This document shows positions 1 through 22,700 of a DNA stretch of 64,000 nucleotides, in pieces. The stretch lies in the NCBI GenBank assembly GCA_964035545.1, contig OZ037770.1:1054001-1118000 (forward strand), in the 5' to 3' direction. The DNA is from Bugula neritina. Lineage: Eukaryota; Animalia; Bryozoa. A program made the position numbers and the translations under genes. Positions within the stretch are counted from its first letter, which is position 1. Each line of letters opens with the position of its first letter. Under the pieces are notes generated by a model. The model was given only the letters and a program-made list of their open reading frames with translations. It had not been told where the DNA came from and ran no database searches.

Positions 1-2894
1 GTCTGTCTTAAGAGGCACCTCCCCCTTTTCTTCTGCGGTCCTGTCATCTACTGAAGCTGAAATCACACTCCACCTGCAATAGAGTAAACACAGTTTTAGC
101 TTTTAAACTGTAATTTAAATGTAGAACAATTGTCACAGGTGAGTAATACACTATGACACATGTCACAGGTGAGTAATACACTATGACACATGTCACAGGT
201 GAGTAATACACTATGACACATGTCACAGGTGAGTAATACACTATGACACATGTCAGCAATGTAGTAAATATCACACTGCAGGAAGCACCTGACACTCACC
301 TGTGATCAATGTCAGCAAGGTACCCTCTATATATAGGAGAAGATGCGCTGAGTGCCATTAGAATAGGAGTAAGAGGTGTCAGCTGGTCATACAGGTGTCT
401 TGCTTCTAGTAAATTACTTGCCTGAATTGTCACCTGAAGGCAGCTCATGCCCAACCCAAAACCTACCGTGTCCATGTAAATATGATTGGGTCTACAATAG
501 CCAATCAAATAACACCTCACATATTCAGATTAAACGGCCCATATTGTAGGATAGTTTTTCTATTTCTTAAAGTTGCTCAAGTCAAGTTTATTACAAACAG
601 GGCGCATTGGTGTCAACTAAAATGCCAAGTATGGGTGCTAAAAGGATATATATTATTATGATATCTATTCAAACTAAATGCTAAACTTTTTGGTATTTTC
701 AAATATTTTGTGATTTCCCTTACAGCATCTAAAAATAGTTATCTTTTAATTTCATGGCAATGGCACTGGAAAATATCCCGCCAATGGCCATCACAAAACT
801 GCAGAGTGTACTATACTTGTTAATCTGACAGAGAACTCTCGTAAGTTCAAAAGGTCGCACACACTTACTTGGCATCAGCACTGCCCTCTGTTGGGAGATC
901 CTCTATCCACGGTTGAGGGGTGTTTACATCCACAAATATCGGCGCATTAATATCCACTTTCTTTCCTCTTCTTTCCGGGATGTTCCGAGTCAAAGCCTTG
1001 AATTTTTGACGAGTATTGTTGATTGCCACATCGGGCCAGAACAGAGATCTGTAAAATGATCTCTAGAGTTACATATAAACTTAGTCTCTGAAACTATTTC
1101 ACAACATGTGTTTTGAAAATGTTTCTTTCACTTTCCTTGTCTTAGTATAGAAATGGTAAACACTATGACACGTGTCACAGGTGAGTAATACACTATGATA
1201 CATGTCACAGGTGATTAATGCACTATGACAGAAATCACAGGTGAGTGATACACTATAATAGATAAAATAAATACTTCAGAACAAGGTAAACGTACCTTGA
1301 TATACTAGTTGCAGGTGAAGGTGGTTGCTCAGGGTAAGTAAAAGACGGACAACCGAGTCTTGGGAAGGAAGTAATAGACAACACAGTCTCATCAGAATGT
1401 TCCAGAAGTGAGTGAATGTGGTTCCTGCGTCTATTCATATTATCTTCTACAGCCTTGAAGTGTGAGCTCAGGGCACCTGTTAAAATAGAGTAACATGTGC
1501 TTGTCGTGGTCCACAATTGACACATTAAAGAGCACCTGCTCAATCATGTCCAGTGAATTGACATTTCACTATTCAATGTATCCAATAAACTATAAAAGTT
1601 GAAACCACTTTTGATACGAAATTCATTACTACTAGCTGGTATCTTTTACAAAAATCAATACATACCAAAGGGTTTTCCAGGCATGCCCTCAATCACATAA
1701 CTAGAGTACTCATGAGCCCAGTCTGCATCTGCACAGCCCTGAAAGTAAATTGTCCAATTCTATTGCTTTTCGAAGAAGATTATTTGAGGGTCAATTCACA
1801 ACCTCGGTCTTTCATAGACAATCATTGTGTCAAAGTGAAAAGAAGTTTGAATATATTATAACTTACAAAAAAGATTTCCTCTCCCACTACAGTCGATTTA
1901 AATGAAAAAGATGAAGTAATGAATTCTTCTACTCAACCCATTGCTGTGATTTTAGTAAAGTTAAAAGGGGCTATAAAGGGTGGAAAATGCTGAGCTGATA
2001 CAAAGTCTAAAAATTTAAAAAGAAACCTACAGACTTATCTACTTATGTAGTTGAACTTTTATGCATCGAAAATTTTAGTCAAAACAATTTTTTTCAAAAT
2101 ATCATATGAAAAGCAAGGAAATTAATCAAATGAATTTATAAGAAAATATACATACAATATGAATTTAAAACATATAAAATCTGCAACTGCATCATTATGC
2201 ACACCAACAGAGAACATAAAGAAGTCTAACCATCCCTGTCCTTTCCAGTTCTGCTAACTTCTCCAAGTAGTACTGAGCTTTTAAACACACTCGGGCTGTA
2301 CGGTTAGCATCGTCAAACTTTACAAAAGTGTACTCTACTTCATCACCGAAGTAAAGACAGTCATTGGTGCGCTCTGTAAAATTTTAGTGTAAAACATATT
2401 TTACCATTTGTATGACGTATGATATAACCGGCATTACTTTAGCAAGTAAACTTGAAAGTGTTCGGCGCAAGAAAATTTTCTAAACTACTCTGTAACTTTG
2501 AATTGTTAGAAATGTATTTAGAAGTCCAAATGAAAAAAGAACTAACTTGTAGCAATTAATTACAAATGTTAAGTCTAAGTAATGAAAAATGATAAAACTA
2601 CCAACAGAAACTAAGCTCATAATCATTACAACTGTTGGATAAAAATACAACATTAGACTTGGTTCACCCTTTGAATAACTATGAATAACTTTCATGTAAA
2701 AAAAATACAATTGAGAATGAGTGAGTATTATTAAATTACAATTAGACATTATAAGTGATGATTACTTAAAGATTGTGACCTTTATTTTTGTGATAGACGT
2801 TGATAAACTGTTCAATCCCATGATGTCTAACGTGATTAGCATAGTACTTAGTCTCCTCCCAGGAAAGAGGGGTGCCCATTGACAGCAACTCCAT
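1..2894 (-). CDS. GCLC: Glutamate-cysteine ligase catalytic subunit, paralog A (3' part lies beyond the left edge of the window)
   Basis: Exons 2894-2780, 2373-2231, 1738-1666, 1476-1296, 1048-869, 491-300, 73-<1, all GT-AG. Exons 1-6 have the same lengths (115/143/73/181/180/192) as paralog B. Translation [16 protein letters not shown]...FGDEVEY...[11 protein letters not shown]...SLFWPD...[23 protein letters not shown] matches eukaryotic GCLC. Confidence 0.95.
130..255. repeat. 30-bp minisatellite (TGTGACATGTGTCATAGTGTATTACTCACC family) in GCLC-A intron 6; degenerate copies also at ~1160-1255 in intron 4
   Basis: Directly visible tandem units; source of the [10 protein letters not shown] ORFs. 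Confidence 0.9.
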
Positions 2895-3242
2895 TTTCAG
2901 CAACAAATGTAGGTTCTATAGGCTATTACTGCAAATGGATTAGTAGCCACTTAGTATCGAAGAAATACTAGGGATAGTTTTGTTAGCACGCAGAAAGACT
3001 AGAATCTTCATATTTTCCATACTTTGAGATTAATGTAATCACACAGTCAACAGAACATTTCATATTCAACTAGTAGAATCTCAAATTACTTGAGCTACTA
3101 ACATTAGTACTACAAATATTAACCACTACTAGTTCTACTAAACATACAACTAATGAATGCAGCATTACCTAACCTTACTTACAGTAAAAAAGCAATGATT
3201 TGAACAATGCAACTCATAGAACACATATTCATGGTTTAACAA

Positions 3243-4222
3243 GTGACCAGTCAACTAGTACGAAGGCCCATTGGTTCAAATGAAGTTGTTTAAGAAAACA
3301 AAACTGTTAGTATTTGTATTGTTTAGGCCTATATGTATAAGGATTGGGGTCAGTTACAATTGAATTAAGTACAATTACACCTACATGAAAAATTATCAAT
3401 TACTATCAGAATAAAAAAATAATCAGTTAATTGGAATTACATGGTAAGGTAATTAATTACAATACAATTACTTCCACACCAAAAACCAGAAGGAATTTTC
3501 ATAATTTGTATAATTTTGTTAGCAACATTCACGATTGTTAAAGCCAATTTGTATTGACAAACTGCATTGTTCGTAGCAATTAGTAATAGGGTGATACAAC
3601 ACTACATTGCATCTGATGTTTATTAAATGGTAAGCATGGAAAGAAAAGTATGAAATATTTTTTTTAAGATTTAAAAGTTCGAAGTAATTAGGATATGTAA
3701 GTATAAATAAATTGTGAAAATCAATTACATTAGATGTGTAATTAATTGCAATTATATTAAATGTGTAATTGATTGCAATTACATTTTGTAATGTCTATGG
3801 CATTGCATTATGCAGTCATGTAAGCTGTTTTGTAAATACTATAATCGTGCTGTTTTCTTTTATGTAATAAATAGTCTCCATCTTTGTAATAGTCATACTA
3901 ATTAAATCTTTAAAAAGCCATTATATATATCATCAGTCTTGAAGATGTGCTTGCTGTGATTAGTTGTGTTTTTAATTGAACTTTACTTATGATACCATTA
4001 CACATTTTATGCATCAATTACAAATTACATTCAATTACATGCAAAAAGTGTAATTAATCACAGCCAATCACAATTACCCCTACCATGATATGTATTGTAC
4101 CTAATATGTTTCAGGTTCAGACCCCTAATAATGTCTCACATATGTGGGTGTGCATGTGTAATAGACAAATATTTTCGAACCAATGGATCTTCGGACTAAT
4201 GGGCCTTCAGAATATTTACCCG
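3243..4222. mobile_element. Degenerate non-autonomous relative of the MULE at 38284-45576, with an AATTAC-rich repeat inside
   Basis: Left end gtgaccagtcaactagtacgaaggcccattgg resembles the MULE terminus ggtgactagtcaatattccgaaggcccattag; right end cttcggactaatgggccttcagaatatt matches the MULE subterminal repeat. No clear TSD. Confidence 0.6.
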
Positions 4223-4864
4223 ATTTAGTATTTATATTTATATTTTTATTCACCATTACCATACAGTAACTATAACTGTTAGTATTAGCATTCGCCTTTT
4301 GCAAAATGACTAACTTCAGTGGTTTGATAATGCTTGCACTTGAAGTAAGAATAGCCTATTGCTATTACTATTAGTAATATCAAAATTGAGTAAATCTAAT
4401 ACCTACATTGACACAGGCATAATAGTTACCAACAGTATTAATACTATCTCTAATAGTAACAATTACAATAATTTAAATCAATATAAAATAATAATACTCT
4501 AGTACAAATAATAACTAAACCTATCTCTAATACTGCGAGTGTAAATGTAACAGTAATGCAAATCTTGCATGTAACCATTCGTATTAGTAATACTAATACA
4601 AAATTTCAGCAATCTTAATACTAATAGTAACACTGCAATCTTAACTTAAACTATAAGTATACATATATAAGATTAAGTAATGTGCTACTCTTAGGTTACA
4701 CTTTATAATGATTATTTAATAATATTAATGGTTTCCGGTAAAAATAGCACTGGTAAAAATGGCACAGATAGAAAAGTAGCAAAATTGGCACAAATGTGCC
4801 AGTTTTACCTAAAACCAAAAATATTGGCATTACTATTACTAATAGTAACACTAAAACTCATTGT

Positions 4865-5228
4865 TATACGCTATAGCTATACGCTATAGCTATACGCTAT
4901 AGCTATACGCTATAGCTATACGCTATAGCTAGACGCTATAGCTAGACGCTATAGCTATACGCTATAGCTATACGCTATAGCTATACGCTATACGCTATAG
5001 CTTTACGCTATAGCTATACGCTATAGCTTTACGCTATAGCTATACGCTATAGCTTTACGCTATAGCTATACGCTATAGCTTTACGCTATAGCTATACGCT
5101 ATAGCTATACGCTATAGCTATACGCTATAGCTATACGCTATAGCTATACGCTATAGCTATACGCTATACACTATAGCTATACACTATAGTGTATAGCTAT
5201 AGCGTATAGCTATACACTATAGCTATAC
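4865..5228. repeat. 13-bp minisatellite (TATACGCTATAGC)n with a palindromic GCTATAGC core
   Basis: About 27 tandem units; local inversion near 5190-5215. Confidence 0.95.
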
Positions 5229-5889
5229 ATTTACAGTATTAGTATTACTATTATTCTTGCTATTATTTTCAGTGAGTACAACTTATACATATAGACTTAA
5301 TCACTTAGGCTTATACTTATAGTACTACTAACTTTGATTTGGCAATGACATTGAGTGACTTATTGATAATCAATATCATGATGATATAATCATAATGATG
5401 ACACCAACAGTTAACATGCCCATGGTTATCATTGAAAAAATGATACTCATAATGATAATGAGGATAACTAGTATAGCATTAACTATAAGTATAAGAATGA
5501 CTATGAGGTTGAGTATGGACTATGGTAATTTAAATTACTCTAACAGTAACACTACTTGAGTACTACTACTACTACTAGTACTAGTAACTGTGACTGTGAG
5601 TGCATCTGCCTAGTGCCTTTGGTATTGCCGTTGCACTTTGCAGTAATTACCAATACCTGGGCCTGAGAGTGAGTGAGTGATTCTGATTGCAGTTGCATAT
5701 AGAGTTGTAGTTAAACTTTATGACTGTTAGTGTTGTCGTTATTGCCTTTCCCTTTGAGCTTGGGCGTGGCAAATATTAAATTTAATAATTATAATAATAT
5801 TTATATTATAATTACAAAGTTATAGCTATACTTATACTATTATTAAATTTATCAATATCTATACTTATAGTAATAAACATTTAATATTC

Positions 5890-7050
5890 ACATAAAACTC
5901 AAGTTGTAGAATTCATTCATTCAGCAAGTCTCCCACCTACAACTTTAAGTTTATTGTAGAAACGGCAGCTTCCTTCGCGACATGCTGAGTGATGCTTGAG
6001 TCACCTCCCGGCGCTGCCTTTCCTACCGGTATTGTTATTTATGTTAGCATTTTCAAAACGCGGAGACCTTAGAAATTAGAACTCGCTTGAAGCAGCGCAA
6101 AGTTGATGGTCAATAAGCGCTTCTCTGCAGTCTCTAGTTCACAGTCGAAAAGGTTTATACAAGGATTTCTATCAAAAAATGCACTCAGTGACCCTACACT
6201 CTGTTTTGTATCTAGCAATTCCTTATATCCTTGGCACTGAAAGGTCTACAAAGTGACCTCGCACGCAATTGGCTTGACCTGCCGATAACATAACTTAGCC
6301 GCGAAACCATGTCAAGAATCAATTTTAAGTCGGTCTTTAAAACGAATATACATAACCTAACCTAACTTTAATGTTTTTCTACTTTTGCGTTAGTTCACCA
6401 TGTTTATTTCAAAAAGCAAATATTATCATTGAATGTAAGTGCAACTCTGGTTCAAAGATGTGCCTCTAATTACAACCACTGTGTGAATTAGCTATGGTAA
6501 GGAAATAGCTATGATAATGAGTTACCTGCCCATTTCGACAACACCATAATAATATTATTTTGATGGTAATTGAACCATTATTTAGTTATAGTTTTAGTTC
6601 CGTGATTCGTCCAATTGAAGGGCTGCCGAAGCAAACACTTCGACCTTTGAACCAGTTTGTTGGAAATAACCCAAGTACCTAATTGCAAATCGTAGAACAG
6701 AGGTGCGCCAACAAGCAAACACCATTAGCTGCTTACCAAACTACAGTTGGCTAAAAGAATCGCTAAAAGCAGTGTCGAGTTATTAATTACTGGTCGTGCA
6801 TTGGTTCATGGCCTCACATTTATAGCTGGGGTTTGAAGTTTAGACAACAATGCGAATGCAAACTCCAAACTTAGCCACCCCAACTTGGTCCTGCTTTTAG
6901 CTATTTCCTTTCACGTATCGGTTGTGTTTTGTTTCACGAAAAATGAAAAAGTGCTGAGTAATATTTGGACAAGGGCTTTTTGCAAGCATCATAGTAACGT
7001 CTAGATTTTTCAATCCCATACAGTGCACACCTAAGCAGTAAGCTATAGCT
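5890..7050. promoter_or_regulatory. Putative shared (bidirectional) promoter region of the two GCLC genes, with ARE/AP-1-like sites
   Basis: CpG-richer island midway between divergent genes. TGCTGAGTAAT 6952-6962 reads ATTACTCAGCA on the minus strand and fits the RTKAYnnnGCR ARE consensus; near-ARE TGCTGAGTGAT 5983-5993; AP-1 TGAGTCA 5997-6003. Both ATG exons are preceded by a conserved tttgcag acceptor, implying upstream non-coding exons. Confidence 0.45.
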
Positions 7051-8556
7051 ATAAACATTCACTAATTATGTTAAGATAAAGATTCCATTTCACGATAGTT
7101 CAACACTTACAGTTTGAGTTACTCTCACTCTGTCTCTTACTCTAGTTTTACTTTTAGAGTTACAGTTAGTCTTACTCTTAGTCTAACACAGTAACACTAA
7201 CAGTAACTCCAAGTCTTGACTCTTAACTTTAGCTATCGGCTTTTACTCTTAGCCTATCTGTATCACCTTCAGTAAGACTATCACTATGACTATCACTGTG
7301 ACTATGAGTATGGCTATCACTATGACTATAAATATAATATTATTATTAATAATGATATAAAAATAAATATTAAATTTAATATAAATAAGCCAGTCCTATG
7401 TATGACTAATGCTATGCCTATTGGCTATTGCAGTATTGGCATAAAGCATTGCAACTATTACTAAATTTTGAGTTAAGAGTATCACTATGACATTGGCTAT
7501 CACTATCAGTATGAGTATGGGTTTCAAATTGAATATAAATATCATCTTGATCTTAGACATAACATTAACTTTAACTCAGGCCTGTCTTGCAATCTACGAT
7601 TAAAAGTAAGTAGGACTTAGACTAAGACTTAAAGTTGCAGAAACTAAGTCTAATTTTTGCTCATAGTCATAATAATACATTTAGTCTCAGTCTGGTAGTA
7701 ATCAATGATGTTATAAAATTAAAAATAATTAGCAATTACTTGTGCATTGTGATTATATTTATCATCATAATGCTTATTTATTATCATTATGTTGCTGTAA
7801 CGCATACTAATATTCATAATAATTACAAAGATGCACTCAACTTTTACCCTATTTATTATAATCACCTAATGATAATCATAATTATAATGGTAGTACCAGT
7901 GGTAATCAAATTCAATCAGAATTAAAATGAAGTTAAATCATCATAATTTTTAATTTTTGGATATTATCAATGTAGCCTATTATTAATATTTAATATTATC
8001 ATTGAGTGAAAACTTTGTATTTATACTTATAGTTGTAGTTATCCGTAGTTTTATAGTGAGCTTATATAAATGATATCCTTATACATATACTTATAGTGAT
8101 AGTAGTAATAGTCTTATGGGAATGGAAATGTCCGAATCATTAAATAACTGAATCATATTCACCATTACAATGTATTATTAATATTAATTTATATTATCCG
8201 CATTATTTTGGTTGAATATATAGTTAGGCTACTTACTGTATCATATTTCAATTAATCATTATCATATCACTTTTGGTAATCTTCATCTGGACTGGTTATT
8301 ATAATACAAGTTCGAATGTCAAAATTTGTTATCACTTTGATTGCAAAGCATAGACTAAAGCTAAGCAGAATCCTAATATTTTCTCTCTTTTTGCTTTTGT
8401 TTATTATTAAAATAAGTTGTTTGTATGCTATTTCGTCTTTTTCTATTATCTTTTCTCTTTGTTAATTATATAGATGAATAAATCAAAATTATTTAGTCTC
8501 ACTTGGTCTGAGAGTCCTAGTTGCTTATAGTTATAAGTAATTTTTAGTAATAGTAA

Positions 8557-8899
8557 GCCTAGGGCCACACTGTGCGTATTTTCGCATGCGAAAATTAAAA
8601 TCTTGAGTAGCAAAGGTGTCCACTGTAGCGTCAGTGATGCTTGATAAATAAAGCTTTCATTTTTAAATCGCACTCGCTTTCAATAAAACGCAATTTACTG
8701 GAATATAGCACTAAATAAAGAAATTGGGCTCGCTGAATAGCTACCAGCCAATTAGGTGACGACGACAGAGACGATTCGCACTTGCGTTGAAAATGCAGAG
8801 CGACAAGTGCGAAGGTTTTCTCAACGCGCACAGTGGACACCTTTGCTACTTGTGATTTTAATTTTCGCATGCGAAAATACGCACCGTGTGGCCCTAGGC
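8557..8899. mobile_element. 343-bp PIF/Harbinger (Tourist-like) MITE
   Basis: About 70-bp TIRs GCCTAGGGCCACAC...GTGTGGCCCTAGGC; TAA target duplication (8554-8556, 8900-8902); near-identical inverted copy at 56350-56692. Confidence 0.93.
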
Positions 8900-9754
8900 T
8901 AAGTGTTTCAGCTATATCTGTAAACCAAAGTTGGTAACATTGTTATTTATAGGTATAGCTACTTCTGATGATGGCTTCGGTAAAGTCTTGTTTTGGGTTG
9001 TTTATAGTGAATTATTGCCTGATTGTGTCATCTTCATTTCCTAGTGGTGTGATATTCACAGATAATTTCTGCAAGATTTCTTTTTTATATTCACAAAAAC
9101 TGAAATTATAAAATCTGGTCCAATAAATTACTATGTTTAAAACTTGTTTTTCATCTTCAAATATTTCAAAATCTATTATTTTCTCGTTATTCATTTATAC
9201 TTTGAAACTTTCCAATCATCATCTACTATAATTTAGTAGTGTGCAGTTTTTTATTTGTTAATTTCAGGTAAAGAAATTGTGGCAGGCAATTAAAAGTTAA
9301 AGAAATAATAACAATAATAATGAGTCTCTTATTTTGTGTATTAAATTATTATATCATAGCTATTATATGCATAAACAATTCTAAAATAGTATAAAATTTA
9401 TAAAATGGATTGAAAACATTTAATATGTTGCTAGACTTTAATTTTAATGATTTGTGAAAAGCTGAATTGTTTTTTTGTATTATCTTCTATTGTTAATAAA
9501 GTATGGATGTATTCAGTGCAGTAATTATATGCAAATTACAAATAGTAGTGGTTAAGAATATTAGCAGCTCAAGTATGTGTTAATTGGAATGTGGAGTTTT
9601 CTGTTGACTGTGTAAATATGCGCTACTGTGCAAACATACTAATCTCAAAGCATGCCTCTACCATGTCCCACTTTACAAGCCATTGACTCCACTACTAAGT
9701 AGCTGCTACTCTATTTGCAGTAATAGCCTATAGGACCTACATTTACTGCCTGAG

Positions 9755-16172
<6,418 letters not shown>

Positions 16173-18999
16173 GTCATTAGCAGACTGGAACTTGTAACAG
16201 GGGATTTGATTGGCTAATAATGCCATTCGGAATTACCACCAACCAATGGTTTAGAGTTTTACTTCAATTCTCCAAAGACATTATTTCAGCATTACGCAAC
16301 AATTGCCTACTGTTTTGGCTCATATAATTATTTCCACACATCTGCACCATGTGTAGCTTTTAAATTATACACAAAAATTCCAAATTGTACTTTAAAGTAT
16401 TTTTAGATCTTTAGAATTTAAACCACAGTCTTTATCATATACTTATAGTACCAGTATAACTGATTTATTTTATAATTTGTTTATCTTGTCACTTTGCTCA
16501 AAGATAATGCTGTTTCCTCAGCGAGAAAGACACTGTTACAATCACTTAGATCACAATTAATTTTAAATATAATACAATTATATTGCATGTAAAACAATGC
16601 ATATTGATCAAGATAAATGTTAGAAAATAAATGCATTTAATTACACTTTCACTTGAAGCGCTTTGTAAGTAATCATACCATTTGGTTGAAACCTTGCAAG
16701 TAAAACTTTCTGCCCGCAACATGAAAATTAAATGTAAGCTAGTTTATTACTACTACTAGTCTTATACTTCTAGTTCTACTGGTTTTGTGAAGATGAGAAA
16801 GTTTCGCTATTACTATAACTATTAGTATTAGTTGTACTATTACTATTAGTATTACTATTAGTATTTATTAATAATGGTTATGATAACATTCAAGTGCAGT
16901 AGTACAGAAAATTCAATGGCTTAAGTTGTTATTTCCCATGACAATTTCTTGTTTGAGGCACAAAAACATAAAATAACTACCGCCACTGCAGGGGCAGTTG
17001 TACTTGTAAAATACAATAATTACTATAGTAGTAAAAATAAATTAATGCTCTACATTCTACACTATACTAATCCGGAAACTTCTTACAAAGCTTTTAATTA
17101 TGGCCGAACAATCATTTGCTTGCAGCCTGTGACAAATTAGTTCGTGAAATAAATGTTTTTTTTTATAGCTAACGAGAGAGGTTATCGCCTTTCAAACAAA
17201 TTACTTTTAAACGCTTTTGGTTACTAAGGTTTAACCTCGCAGGTCCACTTTTATTCTCTCTGTAAATTATCAACAAGTTTGGAATAATCATAATCATAAT
17301 AATAATCATATTGTGATTCGACATCAGACAAAATGACAAACTCACAATGTGGATGATTCACTTTGAATGATATAGTATTATATATATTTCATCAATGTAT
17401 TTTGTTATCCTTAAAACTTAGGAAGCTAGATATGTGTATAAGAATGCATAAAGATGATGTTACATTAACATGATTCCCTAGTTACTAGTTACTGTTAGAC
17501 AATGGTTAATAAGTAAATAACTATAAGTTTGACTTAGAATCTCTATAACTATTACTCTTACTATTAGTATTAGTATTACTATTACATTTACTATTACCAT
17601 TATTATTAGTATTTCATTTACTATTAGTATTAGTATTACTCTTATTTTTAATTTTAGTGTTAACTTTTATTTTAAACCACCTGACATGAGATACTTAGTC
17701 TTATACTTATAGTTATAGTAATAGTTGTAATCATAATCATAATCCTTAATTGTAGCACTAAAACAGTTGCTGTTAGTGTTACTAATCTGATAAGATTAAT
17801 GGTAAAACTAACTGTGTTAGTGTTTCTTTTACTTTTACTTTTAGTATAACTATAAGGCGTTTTACTTTTAACCTTACACTATAATACTCTATAACTATCA
17901 CTTACTAATTATTATTACTATTAGTATCACTATAACTAGCATAACTAAGTCACCAAGTAAGTAAATCATGATCATAATATTCATTAAATTTAATTTTGAT
18001 ACAGAGTAAGCAGTAGCTGTAAGTAAGAAATTCATTAATAACTAGCAGCAAGTCTAACATTAAATTTTAACCTTTACCTTAACGTCACCAGTTGCTACCA
18101 GTCCCTTATGTGCAGTGATTTTAATTCTATAGTTTGCCTGGCAATGTGAATGTTGCAATTTTTGAGTTGATTATTGCTTATTAGCCTTAGCTTTAGGTTT
18201 TATGAGTTGCGTAATAAGTAAATTAATTTTTCTTTTGTTGATCAACTTTTCGTGCCACTTATACTGATAATGATAGTGTTAGAGACTCAAAGTACATTCT
18301 TATCATTTTTCTACATGCAAATTTCACAAAAATGAAATCAAATTTAATTTGTGAGCTCCATAAATAAAATTAACACCAATAGTTTTAATTTTAGTGTGAA
18401 TATTTGATATTTGCACATATTTATACTTTCTATGTGAGTAGGATTCTATAGTATAAATTATATAATTAATCTCTGTTATCTGTCATTTTGATTGACAGAC
18501 AATATAGCAGTGCCTTAAACTACTCTTGTACTGAACTGTACTTAAACTATTTGTATTATGCTTTTGGCATCAATGTTTTAAACCTCTCAATTGTGTTCAT
18601 TGTTTGAAACATGAGTAGTTACTAATAACTATCACTTATAGCATTCTAATCATCAATTATTATGACTACTTCTATTATTTATAATAATTAAAATTATTAG
18701 GAAAGTTTTTTATAATAATGTATGCATAGCAACTATCATTATTTTCTTATTGAATATTACAATTCTTCTGTTGTGAAAATAATGCCAAAGTTTCGCAGGC
18801 AATAATATTACTGTGATGATTGACTTGTTTATTTACCTGCACATTGTTTTACTATTAACCATTTAAAACCATAATCAAAGTTTGTGAGTTTTTCTTTTGA
18901 AATAAATGTACCATGCCTGTATTAATGTAAATATGTTTTACTGAATTATAAAATTGTCCATCAGTAATTTTCATTTTACATAAAAAAACTCACGCAAAT

Positions 19000-19185
19000 T
19001 TATAGTCACCATCCCTGTAAAAAAAACCGCTGATGGAACAGGTTTTTTGTTAAATCGGGCTAAGGGCTTATTCAGATGAGGCACTTATAACTGGATGCTC
19101 TTCCTAACATCACCAATGGCCTTTGTCAGGCTTCGAACCCACGACTTCTTGTTTACGCTCTAACCCCTAGACATCGGCTGCTCCC
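19000..19185 (-). mobile_element. tRNA-derived SINE (same family at 25543-25745 on +; fragments at ~51120-51250 and ~21520-21565)
   Basis: A-box/B-box-like head (...gtctagggttagagc...gggttcgaagcc) followed by a shared body aaaggccattggtgatgttaggaagagcatccagt. Confidence 0.7.
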
Positions 19186-19252
19186 TATGCTCTTCCTTTA
19201 CACGCTTATTCTAAATATGACATTTCCAGATACTTAGATAAAATTCTTAGAA

Positions 19253-22119
<2,867 letters not shown>

Positions 22120-22700
22120 AATCTTTTAGGTCCTGCACTACTCAGGCAGCTCTGCTAGAATACAAACTCAAATTTCATTAGACAATTGAGCCGTAACTGC
22201 AGTAACCATAGTAACAATTTTGACAAGTTTGTCTTATATCATGTAATTATAATTGTGTGTCCTTTCTGTCAGAAAAAATGTAGTACTATAATATTTATGC
22301 ATCTAATTTTTACTAGTCACTGTATACGATATTTCTCCAAAGTCTAAATTATTTTATTTTCTCTCAAGTAGCAAATAATAAAAAGTTTAATAAAAGGAAG
22401 TTACTTTATTCTAAATATCTTGTCATGCTGTGGAATAGTTTAGCAAGCTCTTGATTTGCTGATGAAAACATAAGTGACCAATCATAGGCTGGGTGACACT
22501 CAAAATGAGTTAAGCTATGTAATTTACTGCTTGCTCCAGCTAAAGTACCCTGGCAAAGATTTTTGATCATTTACAAGTAACAGACACAAATCATTGTTCA
22601 TTGTTGAATTCCTATAGAGTTGGGTAACACGTAACGCTAGTAGTACACGTAAAGTAACTTTTCTTTCTGAACTAGCTGACCATGCGCTGAATTAATTGTC

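Noticed and set aside
8631-8870. 79-aa ORF repeated at 56322-56618
   Set aside because: Lies in a non-coding MITE; the identity reflects the repeat.
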